From NCBI GenBank assembly GCA_963642145.1, contig CAVIFU010000001.1:69129-133128 (forward strand): a stretch of 64,000 nucleotides of DNA, given 5' to 3'. Positions 45,914 to 56,571 of the stretch are shown here, one piece after another. The position numbers were made by a program, and so were the translations under genes. The notes below the pieces were generated by a model. It saw only the letters and a program-made list of their open reading frames with translations, was not told the origin of the DNA and did not search any database. This DNA is from Ruminococcus bicirculans (ex Wegman et al. 2014) (lineage in GTDB: Bacteria > Bacillota > Clostridia > Christensenellales > DTU072). The first letter of the stretch is position 1. Each line of letters starts with the position of its first letter.

Positions 45914-45973
45914 TACTTTTTCAAGGTAAAATAATTAAAATTACCTTAAAAGAATTATTTGCATGCAATTCGA

Positions 45974-47089
<1,116 letters not shown>

Positions 47090-48133
47090 TCACAGAAATA
47101 ATGTTGCGTCGCCGAAACTGAAAAATCTATATTTTTCCTTAACGGCTAAATTATATAATTCCAAAACTTTTTCGCGCCCGACAAGAGCGGAAACAAGCAT
47201 AACGAGCGTGCTTTCCGGCAGATGGAAATTGGTTATAAGTCCTTTGACGACTTTGAACTTATACGGCGGATATATGAATATGCTCGTATAGCCTTCCCCT
47301 GCTTTAACTTTTCCGTTTTCGTCCGCGGCACTCTCCAATGTTCTTACGGAAGTCGTCCCTACGGCTATCACGCGCCGCCCCTCTTCGATTGCTTTATTTA
47401 TTTTTTCGGCGCTTTCTTCGGTGACTTTGTAATACTCCTCGTGCATTTTGTGATCGAGAATGTTTTTACATTTTACCGGGCGGAACGTGCCTAACCCGAC
47501 ATGCAGAAGCACTTCCGCAAATTCAACGCCTTTATCTTTTAACGTCTGTATCAATTCGGGTGTAAAGTGAAGCCCTGCCGTAGGTGCGGCGGCGGAGCCG
47601 TCAATCTTTGCGTAGACCGTTTGATAACGAGTCTTGTCTACAAGTTTTTCCGTAATATACGGAGGCAGCGGCACATTGCCGACTCTATCCAAGATATCCT
47701 CAAAAACTCCGTCAAATTCAAACTCGATAACCCTGACGCCGTTATCCGGGTCGATTGACTTAATTGTCAGTTTAAGTTCCTCATTTATGACAATTCGGGA
47801 GCCTATTTTAGCTTTTTTCGCCGGACGTAGAATTGCTTCCCATTGCGTGTAATCGATTCTTTTCAGCAACAGAATTTCGTACTCGCGACCTTTTTCGTCG
47901 TAACCGAACAATCTTGCCGGGATAACTCGAGTATTGTTAATCACCAACAAGTCGCCTTTACGCAAAATGTCAGGCAGATCGTGAAATATACGATGCTCCA
48001 CTTTGTCTTGCTCCATATTGTAATAGAGCAAACGCGAAGAATCCCTCGGCGTTGCCGGTGTTTGCGCTATAAGTTCTTCCGGAAGCTCATAAAAATACGA
48101 TGAGGTGTCGTTTAGATCAACTGTCACTGCCAT
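47090..48133 (-). CDS. queA: S-adenosylmethionine:tRNA ribosyltransferase-isomerase
   Basis: 347 aa. [11 protein letters not shown]-terminus and TAGLHFT motif. 17-nt overlap with ruvB. Confidence 0.95.
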   Translation of the reverse strand: MAVTVDLNDTSSYFYELPEELIAQTPATPRDSSRLLYYNMEQDKVEHRIFHDLPDILRKGDLLVINNTRVIPARLFGYDEKGREYEILLLKRIDYTQWEAILRPAKKAKIGSRIVINEELKLTIKSIDPDNGVRVIEFEFDGVFEDILDRVGNVPLPPYITEKLVDKTRYQTVYAKIDGSAAAPTAGLHFTPELIQTLKDKGVEFAEVLLHVGLGTFRPVKCKNILDHKMHEEYYKVTEESAEKINKAIEEGRRVIAVGTTSVRTLESAADENGKVKAGEGYTSIFIYPPYKFKVVKGLITNFHLPESTLVMLVSALVGREKVLELYNLAVKEKYRFFSFGDATLFL

Positions 48134-49232
48134 TATCCTCCGTATTCCAGTTAAGTAAAGTTATTTCTTTGCGTTGTTTATATGCCGTATCCAGCCCGAG
48201 ATGCTCGTAGGCGTGGCTGAGACATATTCTACCGCGTGGCGTGCGCGCTATAAAACCGAGTTGTATAAGGAACGGCTCATATACGTCCTCTATTGTCGTT
48301 GGTTCCTCGCCTGTCGCCGCAGAAAGCGTATCCAAGCCCACGGGACCGCCGTCAAACTTTTCTATTATCGTTCTCAAAATAAGCCTGTCGATGTGGTCAA
48401 GCCCGAGTTTATCGACCTCCAAGCGCGCGAGAGCTTTGTTTGTGATGTCAATATTTACGGACGAGTTTTCATATTCCGCAAAATCTCTTACCCTGCGCAA
48501 CAGCCTATTCGCTATACGCGGAGTTCCGCGAGAACGTGAAGCGATTTCAACGCTTGCGCGATCTTCTATATCGATATTCAAAATTTTTGCGGAACGACGC
48601 ACAATCATACCGAGCTGTTCCGGCGTGTATAGCTCGAGTCTGCAAATTATACCGAATCTGTCTCTTAGCGGTGCGGAGATATTGCCGGCTTTGGTCGTCG
48701 CGCCCACGAGTGTAAACGGTTGAATATTCAACTTCATCGTCCTTGCCGAAGGTCCTTGTCCTACGACAAAATCGACAACGTAATCTTCCATCGCCGGGTA
48801 TAGCAGCTCTTCCGTCGTGCGATTCAGCCTATGAATTTCATCGATGAAGAACACAGCTTTGGGTTGAAGGTTGGTAAGATTCGCAACGAGTTCCGCATTT
48901 TTTTCAAAGGCAGGACCCGATGTCGACTTAATATCAACGCCCATCTCGTTGGCAATAATCTTGCTTAAAGTGGTTTTGCCGAGCCCCGGAGGTCCGTACA
49001 AAAGCACGTGATCCAACGCTTCCCCTCTTGCCTTTGCGCTGTGCATAAAAACACGCAAATTTTCTTTTATGCGATCTTGTCCGATGTATTCGTCAAGAGT
49101 TGTCGGACGTAAAACATTTTCGTTTTCGTCAGACGGCAGCTCATCCGGAGTTGTTATGCGTTCATCAACGTTACATCCGTCAAAATCGTCGTGCACTTCA
49201 AATTTCTTGAAGTAATCGTCGTCTGAATACAT
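48117..49232 (-). CDS. ruvB: Holliday junction branch migration helicase RuvB
   Basis: 371 aa. [12 protein letters not shown], Walker [10 protein letters not shown] and Walker [10 protein letters not shown]-terminal extension of about 20 aa relative to typical RuvB. Confidence 0.96.
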   Translation of the reverse strand: MYSDDDYFKKFEVHDDFDGCNVDERITTPDELPSDENENVLRPTTLDEYIGQDRIKENLRVFMHSAKARGEALDHVLLYGPPGLGKTTLSKIIANEMGVDIKSTSGPAFEKNAELVANLTNLQPKAVFFIDEIHRLNRTTEELLYPAMEDYVVDFVVGQGPSARTMKLNIQPFTLVGATTKAGNISAPLRDRFGIICRLELYTPEQLGMIVRRSAKILNIDIEDRASVEIASRSRGTPRIANRLLRRVRDFAEYENSSVNIDITNKALARLEVDKLGLDHIDRLILRTIIEKFDGGPVGLDTLSAATGEEPTTIEDVYEPFLIQLGFIARTPRGRICLSHAYEHLGLDTAYKQRKEITLLNWNTEDNGSDS

Positions 49233-49831
49233 TATTTATCCATTCTCCTTAACGCTTTAATGATTAAGTCTTCCAAACTCGTGGCTTCTTTACGCACTGC
49301 GCTTACAAGCGATATTGCTTCGGATTGTCCTACGCCGAGCGCTTTGAGGGCGTTTATCGCATCGGATGAAAGCTCATCCAAACCGGAAGTTATCGTTACC
49401 GTTTCGCCGGATATGTAATCGGTTTCAGTATCTGTAAGTTTCTCTTTAAGTTCGAGTACTATACGCTCCGCCGTTTTTTTGCCGACACCTTTGATCTTTG
49501 CTATGGATTTGATATCGCCTGTCACTATACATACCGCCAACGAGCTCGGCTCCATTCCGGAAAGAATACCGATCGACGCCTTGGGCCCTATTCCGCTGAT
49601 AGATATGAGTTTGAGAAACATCAGCTTTTCTTCTCTGGAAATAAATCCGTATAAACTCATCTCGTCTTCTCTGACGTACAAGTAGGTATGCAACTTAACG
49701 CGCTCGCCTATCGGCGGAAGTTTGTTGAGCGAACTTACCGATACCGTAATTTCGTAACCTATGCCTCCGACATCCAAAGTGACAACGTTGCCGTTAACGT
49801 AAATTAATTGTCCGTAAATATAAGAATACAT
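49232..49831 (-). CDS. ruvA: Holliday junction DNA-binding protein RuvA
   Basis: 199 aa, OB fold plus HhH motifs ([16 protein letters not shown]). 1-nt overlaps on both sides. Confidence 0.93.
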   Translation of the reverse strand: MYSYIYGQLIYVNGNVVTLDVGGIGYEITVSVSSLNKLPPIGERVKLHTYLYVREDEMSLYGFISREEKLMFLKLISISGIGPKASIGILSGMEPSSLAVCIVTGDIKSIAKIKGVGKKTAERIVLELKEKLTDTETDYISGETVTITSGLDELSSDAINALKALGVGQSEAISLVSAVRKEATSLEDLIIKALRRMDK

Positions 49832-50325
49832 CAGTGAACTCCGAAATCTCCCATTTGAGAATTGGTTTGCGCAAACGTAACTGCTACCGACAAGGCATCC
49901 GCCGCGTCATCTGGCTTAGGTATTTCCTTTAATCCGAGATGCACGGTGATCATGGATTGTATTTGTTTTTTGTCCGCTTTGCCATATCCCGTGATCGCTT
50001 GTTTTATTTGCATGGGCGTAAACTCATACAGCTCAATGCCGGACTTTTGAGCCACGTACAGCACGACGCCCCTTGCCTCCGCCACCATGATTGCGGTCTT
50101 TTGGTTGTTGTAGAAAAACAATTCCTCCACGGCTATCGCATCCGGCTTATAATGGACGATTAGTTTCTCCAACTGTTCGCCAATAAACGCAAGCCGTTCC
50201 GGGAAATTGGTCGTTTTGGGAGTTTCTATGGCTCCGTAAGCAACGGCTTTATGCTTAAAGCCGTTAGTTGCGATTACTCCAAAACCCAAAATTCCGTATC
50301 CGGGATCGATACCAAGTACAACCAT
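49831..50325 (-). CDS. ruvC: crossover junction endodeoxyribonuclease RuvC
   Basis: 164 aa, RNase-H fold. N-terminus VLGIDPGYGILGFGV. Catalytic acidic residues present. Confidence 0.9.
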   Translation of the reverse strand: MVVLGIDPGYGILGFGVIATNGFKHKAVAYGAIETPKTTNFPERLAFIGEQLEKLIVHYKPDAIAVEELFFYNNQKTAIMVAEARGVVLYVAQKSGIELYEFTPMQIKQAITGYGKADKKQIQSMITVHLGLKEIPKPDDAADALSVAVTFAQTNSQMGDFGVH

Positions 50326-50360
50326 ATATTATAGTTTACTTTAATAAACTAAATAAGTCA

Positions 50361-50400
50361 ATAAAAAAGCCCTAACTCAATACGTTGCGACGGGGCTTTT
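50361..50400 (-). terminator. candidate terminator after the ABC importer operon
   Basis: Minus strand reads AGCCC(C)...(T)AGGGCT followed by TTTTTTAT. The stem is short and the loop long. Confidence 0.4.
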
Positions 50401-50421
50401 CGTTTGGATTAAGCGCCCTCC

Positions 50422-51114
50422 TCAATCAATTTTAGATTCTGCCAAAATAGCGTTTATGTTTCTAAGAATCTCTTCTCGATTTTGCATTTGAACGTGAGCG
50501 CGCAAAGAAACTTCTGCCGGACGCCCGGAAAGCACGATGAGTTCGTCCGCAAGACTAAACGCCTCGTCTGCCTGATGGGTAATGATAATTGTCGTTCTTT
50601 CCTCGTTTTTAAGGAGTATTTTAAGATAATCTATCAATCTTTGTTTTACTCCGACGTCCAAACCTCGGAACGGTTCGTCGAGTAGAATGTATTCCGACGG
50701 ATACACGAATGCACGCGCGAGAGCAACGCGTTGCGCCATGCCCGTGGATAATTCAGAAGGAAATTTTTTTGCGTCGTCCGAAAGCTCGACCGTTTTCAGC
50801 ACATCTACAATCGCGCGTTTACGCGTCGCCTTGTCCTTGATTTTATGTTTGATGGCATACTCTAAATTACCTTCGACTGTTAGGTTCGGCAACAACGCCG
50901 GATCTCCGAAAACGGCGCCGACTTTTCCGTTCATTTCAACGCTTCCGTCGTATTCGGTCAGTCCTACCATTATGCGCCCGAGAGTACTTTTGCCTACTCC
51001 GGAAGCGCCCATGATTGCGGTTACTTTGTTTTCGCTTATTTCAAGATTGAAGTTCTCGAAAACGAGCTCGTCATCAAATTTTTTCGTTATGTTTACAAAC
51101 TTCATTTTTGCCAC
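50422..51114 (-). CDS. ABC transporter ATP-binding protein (NitT/TauT-type)
   Basis: 230 aa. Walker A GASGVGKST, signature variant LSTGMAQRVALARA, Walker B ILLDEP, H-loop THQ. Confidence 0.85.
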   Translation of the reverse strand: MAKMKFVNITKKFDDELVFENFNLEISENKVTAIMGASGVGKSTLGRIMVGLTEYDGSVEMNGKVGAVFGDPALLPNLTVEGNLEYAIKHKIKDKATRKRAIVDVLKTVELSDDAKKFPSELSTGMAQRVALARAFVYPSEYILLDEPFRGLDVGVKQRLIDYLKILLKNEERTTIIITHQADEAFSLADELIVLSGRPAEVSLRAHVQMQNREEILRNINAILAESKID

Positions 51115-51869
51115 CTAATCGTTATGCGTTTGATAAGATATACGATCGATTCTGCAAAATAGCCGAGCAAAATTGCTACAATCGTCCAAGCCAGTAATGC
51201 CGGCGTATCGAGATAAGCTCTCGAAATCTGCATATTGATTCCCATCGATGACGATGTTTGCGCAAGCACTTCTCCCGCGATTGTCACTTTAATCGAAAGC
51301 GAAATTCCGCTACGTATTGCGTCCAAAGCCGATGGCGCAACATATGGTAAATACATTTTGAAAATCTTACGTAGCAAAGGCACCTCGAATGCCTTACTTA
51401 TATCTATCAATCTTTTATCCACATCGTTAAGTGCAGACGAAAACGAGCCGTACAACACCGGAAATACCAACAGGAACGATACAAGCAGCGGAACGGTTTT
51501 TGCGCTCAGCCAAATAATCGCCAATAAGATTATAGACATTGTAGGCACTGCACGCGCTATAACGACTATCGGCGCAAAAATTTTACCGACAGGCGGACAT
51601 AAATAAGAAATTACGGAAAGTACCGCAGCAACTCCCAAAGCAACCAAAAATCCCGCGATTGCGCGCAAAGAAGTGCCTCCTACCGCCAACCAAAACTTTT
51701 TGCTTTGGAGCAAGAGCCACAATTCTTTAATAGTCCGTCCGGGCGTAGGCAAAATCATCTCGATGTCGGTTATCAATGCGATGATATACCAAATCAAGAC
51801 GAAAATTGCCACGCCGATCAACGGATATATTACGTCTAAAATTTTTTTGAGAGCAGCTTTTTTGCGCAT
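51102..51869 (-). CDS. ABC transporter permease (NitT/TauT-type)
   Basis: 255 aa, 6 TM, BPD-type EAA-like loop. Overlaps the ATPase gene by 13 nt. Confidence 0.82.
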   Translation of the reverse strand: MRKKAALKKILDVIYPLIGVAIFVLIWYIIALITDIEMILPTPGRTIKELWLLLQSKKFWLAVGGTSLRAIAGFLVALGVAAVLSVISYLCPPVGKIFAPIVVIARAVPTMSIILLAIIWLSAKTVPLLVSFLLVFPVLYGSFSSALNDVDKRLIDISKAFEVPLLRKIFKMYLPYVAPSALDAIRSGISLSIKVTIAGEVLAQTSSSMGINMQISRAYLDTPALLAWTIVAILLGYFAESIVYLIKRITIRWQK

Positions 51870-51872
51870 TGA

Positions 51873-52901
51873 CTATTGTGCGAAGAACTCATCATCCGGT
51901 ATGCTTCCGCCTATGGCGGTAGGATTGGATGCATACAAAACGCTCAAATATGCATTCACTGCCGATTTTGCGTTCTGCGCCTTGACCAACTTAATATTGC
52001 AAGACTCTACTATTTGCGGAGTCAGTACGGTGAGCGCGGTGGAACCGCCGGCTTTCAACGCTTCGAGTGCGGTTTGGGCGTTGTCTTTTACCCAAGAGTT
52101 ATTTTCTTCCAACAACCCGAGCAAGTAGTTAATCATATCTTTGTGCTCGGATGTCAAAAGTTCGGAACGCGCGAACAAACTTGCCTGAGGGAATCCGCCG
52201 GTTGTGCCGGAAGCCTCGTTCCAAATGTCTTGTATGGACAGTAGCGTCGTGGTAGCCGCGTTATTATTGCATTGCGTGACGGCAGGTTCGCCCAAAACGC
52301 CGAATTTTGCCGTTCCCTTTTTCAAAAGCGGAATTAACTCTTTACCGGAAGAAACGTAACGCAACGCAACGTATTTCGCACTTTCCGTTTCTGTATTTTG
52401 ATATGCGATGCCGTAATGATCCAAAACATATCTGAATGTAATATCCGGAGTCGCGCCTTGTCCGATGTTATATACCGTTTTCCCTTTGAGCGATTCGAGT
52501 TTTTCCTGCAAAGTATCTCCGCTAAGGCTTTCTTTACCGACCATGTAAAGAGAACCCTGTATGTCCGTTGCCAAGAGTTTGATGTTTTTACCGCCTCTGT
52601 TGTAGATCGTAGCGCCTATGTTGGTGGGGGCAATTGCTATATTGGCTTCACCGTTTTGCAACTTTGCGCTAATTTTGTCGGCACCGTCGACGATTGAAAG
52701 ATTAAATTCATATCCCGCATAAGTCGGCTTATCCTTGAACAACTTTGCAAGAGCAATTGCCGGGGAGCCGTCCGGAACAATAATATTTACAACCGTAGTC
52801 GTTGAGTCATTGTCGTCCGATTTGCAAGCAAATAAGCTTATCGAAAGTACGGAAATAAGCAATATACAGAAAATTGCAACCAAAACTTTGTTTCTTTTCA
52901 T
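51873..52901 (-). CDS. ABC transporter substrate-binding lipoprotein (NMT1/SsuA/ThiY-like)
   Basis: 342 aa, lipobox LFAC. Type-2 periplasmic-binding-fold pattern typical of the NitT/TauT family. Confidence 0.75.
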   Translation of the reverse strand: MKRNKVLVAIFCILLISVLSISLFACKSDDNDSTTTVVNIIVPDGSPAIALAKLFKDKPTYAGYEFNLSIVDGADKISAKLQNGEANIAIAPTNIGATIYNRGGKNIKLLATDIQGSLYMVGKESLSGDTLQEKLESLKGKTVYNIGQGATPDITFRYVLDHYGIAYQNTETESAKYVALRYVSSGKELIPLLKKGTAKFGVLGEPAVTQCNNNAATTTLLSIQDIWNEASGTTGGFPQASLFARSELLTSEHKDMINYLLGLLEENNSWVKDNAQTALEALKAGGSTALTVLTPQIVESCNIKLVKAQNAKSAVNAYLSVLYASNPTAIGGSIPDDEFFAQ

Positions 52902-52902
52902 T

Positions 52903-53151
52903 TTATGCCTCCACTGAAACTATTGCGGATTTAACGCTTATCGCGTTTAGTCGCCCGAGTTTACCTGTCATTGCGGATATTCTCTCATTTGATCCGCTGA
53001 CAACTACGCTTATCGCGTAAATGTCTTTGTCCCTATCCGGTATGCCCATACGTCCGCGGATAATATCCGCGTTGTCGCTAAGTATAGCCTGTACGCTCGG
53101 CACAACATGCCTGTCGGTAACTATTATTGCTACGACTCCTATTTTTTCCAT
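52903..53151 (-). CDS. small stand-alone ACT/NikR-C-like domain protein (TM1266-like putative regulator)
   Basis: 82 aa. The pattern VVAIIV..R....VQAIL....IIRGRMGIP........ISVVV.G....ISAMTGKLGRL..ISVKS resembles the TM1266 family as I recall it. No DNA-binding domain. Confidence 0.5.
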   Translation of the reverse strand: MEKIGVVAIIVTDRHVVPSVQAILSDNADIIRGRMGIPDRDKDIYAISVVVSGSNERISAMTGKLGRLNAISVKSAIVSVEA

Positions 53152-53186
53152 GAAAAAAGCCTCTCCTTTAGTATTCGGAAAGAGGC
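53152..53186 (-). terminator. leader terminator / RBS-sequestering hairpin upstream of the ACT-ABC operon
   Basis: Minus strand reads GCCTCTTT-ccgaatactaaa-GGAGAGGC then TTTTTT-C-ATG. The 3' arm contains the RBS GGAGAGG. Confidence 0.6.
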
Positions 53187-53264
53187 ATACGATATATGCA
53201 AAATCGGCTTATTTCGTCAATGCTTACTCTCCGAACGTGTCATCGATTCAGGTTAACTATGATT

Positions 53265-53293
53265 ATAATACAATATATTTATTCTATTGTCAA
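53265..53293 (-). promoter_or_regulatory. sigma-A promoter for the ACT-ABC importer operon
   Basis: Minus strand has TTGACA, a 17-nt spacer, then TATTAT. The -35 lies inside the 3' end of the upstream CDS. Confidence 0.6.
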
Positions 53294-54292
53294 CGATTTC
53301 TCGTATGCGATATCAAACATACGGATTGATTTTGTATCTATAGCTACGTTAAATGAATCCTTACGTGCGGAAACAAGCAAACGCTCCCCGTTTTCGGATG
53401 TTGCGATCATACCGCCGCGCGAAGAATAATCATATCTTACCGGTATAAACTCCCTGCCGTCGCTCTGCTCGATAAGGATATAACTAAACAATACTTCATC
53501 CTTGAAATACTCCGAAAGTTTATAAGTCTTGCCGTCAAGCATAACGCTACCGTTATTGACGCAAGCTATGCCGTGCGTTCTGTCCGTGCAAAAAGCCACG
53601 TCCGTAAAGTATCCGTCGGGATTGTTTATCACGGCGTCATGTGTTCCGAAATCAATCAACTTTCCTTCATTTATAACGCCGAGTTTGTTGCCGAATTTCA
53701 ACGCTTCGGAGCAATCGTCGGTTGCAAAAATAACATTGCCTTCTATCTTTGACATTTCCGGCAAAAGCTCTTCAAATAAACTAACGCGTGCATAACCTGT
53801 CAAGCAGGCAAATATGTTGTCTATCAACGTAACGTCCGCCCGACGCAATGCCGCGCGCGCAAGCGCAAGTCTTATCGTTTCCGCATCGCTTACGCGGTAA
53901 ACCGGTTCCTTCATAAACGGCGATAAGCCGAATCGATTTGCGACATCGTTAACTATATCCGAAACATCGCATTTAGGATATTTGCGCAGCTTTAACGGAT
54001 AGCTCAGATTGTATTCAACGGATCGAAAATCAAACAACCCCTCTTTATCGGAATAAACAAGCCTGACGCCGCGCTGCTTCGGTTTTAAGCGCGTGATATC
54101 CGAGCCGTTGACAATAACGGAACCTTCTTCTATCGGATAAAGCCCGGCAATTGCTTTAAGGAGAGAGGTTTTTCCGCCTCCCTCCTTTGCAAACAACGCC
54201 AAACTTTCGCCGTCTTGCAGACAAAAAGACATATTGTCTACGGCTTTCCTTCCGTAAAAATATCTTTGATTTACGTTGTTTAGTTCCAGCAT
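53279..54292 (-). CDS. MsmX/MalK-like ABC ATPase homologue with degenerate catalytic motifs
   Basis: 337 aa. The NBD fold plus C-terminal regulatory-type domain can be aligned by eye to MsmX. Walker A reads AKEGGGKTS. The Q-loop Gln is absent. The signature is VSDAE (normally LSGGQ). Walker B is TLIDN (normally DE). The H-loop is ATDD (normally THD). 1-nt overlap with pgi. Confidence 0.7.
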   Translation of the reverse strand: MLELNNVNQRYFYGRKAVDNMSFCLQDGESLALFAKEGGGKTSLLKAIAGLYPIEEGSVIVNGSDITRLKPKQRGVRLVYSDKEGLFDFRSVEYNLSYPLKLRKYPKCDVSDIVNDVANRFGLSPFMKEPVYRVSDAETIRLALARAALRRADVTLIDNIFACLTGYARVSLFEELLPEMSKIEGNVIFATDDCSEALKFGNKLGVINEGKLIDFGTHDAVINNPDGYFTDVAFCTDRTHGIACVNNGSVMLDGKTYKLSEYFKDEVLFSYILIEQSDGREFIPVRYDYSSRGGMIATSENGERLLVSARKDSFNVAIDTKSIRMFDIAYEKSLTIE

Positions 54293-55749
54293 TACTTGAT
54301 AAGGTACTTATCCGAAACAAACATATCTCTTTCAAGAGCGTAATCGAGGTCTGCGTCGCTATCGTTACCGAGAACAGAGTGTCTCAAGCATTCGTAGCCT
54401 TCTCTTCCGAGGAGTGCATACGTAATATTCTTACCTTCTTCAACACCGGGTTGGTTGAATGTGTTTATATCGAGCATCGCTCCGATATATGCGGTTTCAA
54501 GCATAAAGAAGTACATCAATTGTCCTATCGTATGCGGCGTCACTTCCGGCAAAACAATCATGTTATTCGGGCGATGTTTATTGGTTAATGCATGTCTTGT
54601 CGCAAACATCTCTACTTGGATAAGCTGATTAAGAGAGTGTCCGGACAAGAAATTGACTCCGGGTAAATCTTCGCAACCGCCCGGAATATCCACGTGCTCG
54701 CGGAACTTCTTTACGCCTATAAATGTGACTACTTTATCAAACGGACCCTCGGTATAAAGTTGTATTTGGCTGTGCTGATCCGTAACGCCGAGCGCCTTAA
54801 CCGGCGTTTGTCCGACGTAAACCTTTTCGCCACTGTTATTTTCGGCTTTGCCTAAGCTTTCACCCCAGAGCTGGCAATACCAGTCCGCCATCAGCTTTAA
54901 GCTATCCGCATAAGGCATCATTACGCTAATGTTTTTGCCCCTCTGCATTGAAATATATTGCAGTGTTGCCGCCATAAGCGCGGGATTTGTTTTCAAATCG
55001 GCTTTACGGCACTTTTTGTCCATGTATTCGCACCCTTTCAGTAGCTCTCTTATATTTATACCGAGCACCGCAGCAGGCAAAAGTCCTACCGGGCAAAATT
55101 CACTGAATCTACCGCCAACACCCTTGGGAATTGCGTAAGTTTTAAGATTCTCTTTGCGCGCAAGCTTAATCAAATTACCGCTATCTGCGTCTGTAGTGGC
55201 TATGACGTGCTCGTCTATGGTATCGCCGAATTTTTCTTTGAGCATATCCATAATAATCAAGTATTGGCTCATCGTTTCCGATGTGGATCCGCTCTTGGTT
55301 ATAACGTTGAACAAGGTCTTCTCGGGTTTGATTACGTCAAACAACGCAGACATCCTTTCGGGGTCGATGTTGTCCTCAACGTAAAATTTAGGACCGCCGC
55401 GCCAACGTCTCGGAAGCTCGTTATGGTGCAGATGACATAAAGCTTGGAATACGGCAAGAGGTCCGAGAGCCGAGCCGCCTATGCCGAGCACAACAAAGTA
55501 TTCGGTATTTTTGCGGATAAACGAAGCCGTGGTAATTATATCGGAGACGACATCCGCTTGGTTGTACATAAGCTCCGTCCAACCCATCATTCCGGTTCCG
55601 CGATGCGCCTTGAAGTACGCGTGTGCGGCTTTTGCCTTTTCCTCGACGGACACAATATCGTTTTTCGTGATGCCCTGCGCTTCTCCTATAGTGTCGCTCA
55701 TCATACCACTATAGTCGAATCTTATACTTTCAAAGTTCTTTTTTGCCAT
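54292..55749 (-). CDS. pgi: glucose-6-phosphate isomerase
   Basis: 485 aa, SIS-domain motifs GIGGSALGP and SGSTSET. Confidence 0.9.
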   Translation of the reverse strand: MAKKNFESIRFDYSGMMSDTIGEAQGITKNDIVSVEEKAKAAHAYFKAHRGTGMMGWTELMYNQADVVSDIITTASFIRKNTEYFVVLGIGGSALGPLAVFQALCHLHHNELPRRWRGGPKFYVEDNIDPERMSALFDVIKPEKTLFNVITKSGSTSETMSQYLIIMDMLKEKFGDTIDEHVIATTDADSGNLIKLARKENLKTYAIPKGVGGRFSEFCPVGLLPAAVLGINIRELLKGCEYMDKKCRKADLKTNPALMAATLQYISMQRGKNISVMMPYADSLKLMADWYCQLWGESLGKAENNSGEKVYVGQTPVKALGVTDQHSQIQLYTEGPFDKVVTFIGVKKFREHVDIPGGCEDLPGVNFLSGHSLNQLIQVEMFATRHALTNKHRPNNMIVLPEVTPHTIGQLMYFFMLETAYIGAMLDINTFNQPGVEEGKNITYALLGREGYECLRHSVLGNDSDADLDYALERDMFVSDKYLIK

Positions 55750-55766
55750 TTATATTTATTCTCCTT

Positions 55767-56570
55767 TTAGCCTCTTTGGGCTACTGTTAAACATTTGTTT
55801 AGGTAATCGAAACTGCGTTTCACGTCGTCAAACGAGTCATAATTTTTTGCATACAACTCCATTAACAGCGGTCCGTCATAACCGACAGCTATCAACTTGC
55901 GGAAAAATCCCGTAAAGTCGAATTCTCCCTTGCCGGGGATTGCCAAGCTCCCGTCGCTATGATAATCGCATAGATGCACGGTAACAAGATTTCCTGCCAT
56001 CGCTTCAATGTATTGTTCAAGAGGCGCCTTGCTCTGCATCGCCTGCTTGATGTCAAGGCAAACTTCGACTTCCGGATATTTTTCTTTCAGATTCTCTATA
56101 AATTCCGGTGAATTGAAATACGTCCAGTGTACGTTTTCGTAAGCAAGTCTGCAATTGCCTCCGTATTCGGCAAGAATTCCGTCAAGGTGTCTGACTCTAT
56201 CCGCTATCCAATCATAGTTTAATACATACGGTATGCGTTTAAGTCTTGCGGGACCGTGGAACGTGTAAGAACGCGCGCCCAAACGTGCGCAAGCTTCGGC
56301 ACATTGACGAAAGAAATATTCGCAATCTTCGCGCGTTCTTTCTGCGACGTTAAACAACTCGGGTTCGAATTGCTGATTGAGCGAGTGCACGCTATGCACG
56401 GTAAGATCGCCCTTGCGTTCAAGCAGCAAATCAATAAACTCCTTCCGGTATTCCCGGAAGGTAGTTAGAAAAATCTCTATGGTCTTTACGCCCATTGAGC
56501 GCATTACGCTTAGACTGTCTTCCGTTACCGCTTTGGTAAAGAAAGAAGCCGTAGACATACCTATTTCCAT
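55767..56570 (-). CDS. sugar phosphate isomerase/epimerase (xylose-isomerase-like TIM barrel)
   Basis: 267 aa. AP-endonuclease-2/TIM-barrel pattern with conserved H/E/D metal ligands (VHS, FHGP, YENVH, HLCD, MELY). Confidence 0.7.
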   Translation of the reverse strand: MEIGMSTASFFTKAVTEDSLSVMRSMGVKTIEIFLTTFREYRKEFIDLLLERKGDLTVHSVHSLNQQFEPELFNVAERTREDCEYFFRQCAEACARLGARSYTFHGPARLKRIPYVLNYDWIADRVRHLDGILAEYGGNCRLAYENVHWTYFNSPEFIENLKEKYPEVEVCLDIKQAMQSKAPLEQYIEAMAGNLVTVHLCDYHSDGSLAIPGKGEFDFTGFFRKLIAVGYDGPLLMELYAKNYDSFDDVKRSFDYLNKCLTVAQRG

Positions 56571-56571
56571 A

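Noticed and set aside
53152-53260. TPP (THI-box) riboswitch upstream of the NMT1/ThiY-like ABC operon.
   Set aside because: Only an AACCTGA fragment resembles the THI element. The CTGAGA box and the pyrophosphate-sensor helix are absent, and the leader is too short for a full TPP aptamer.
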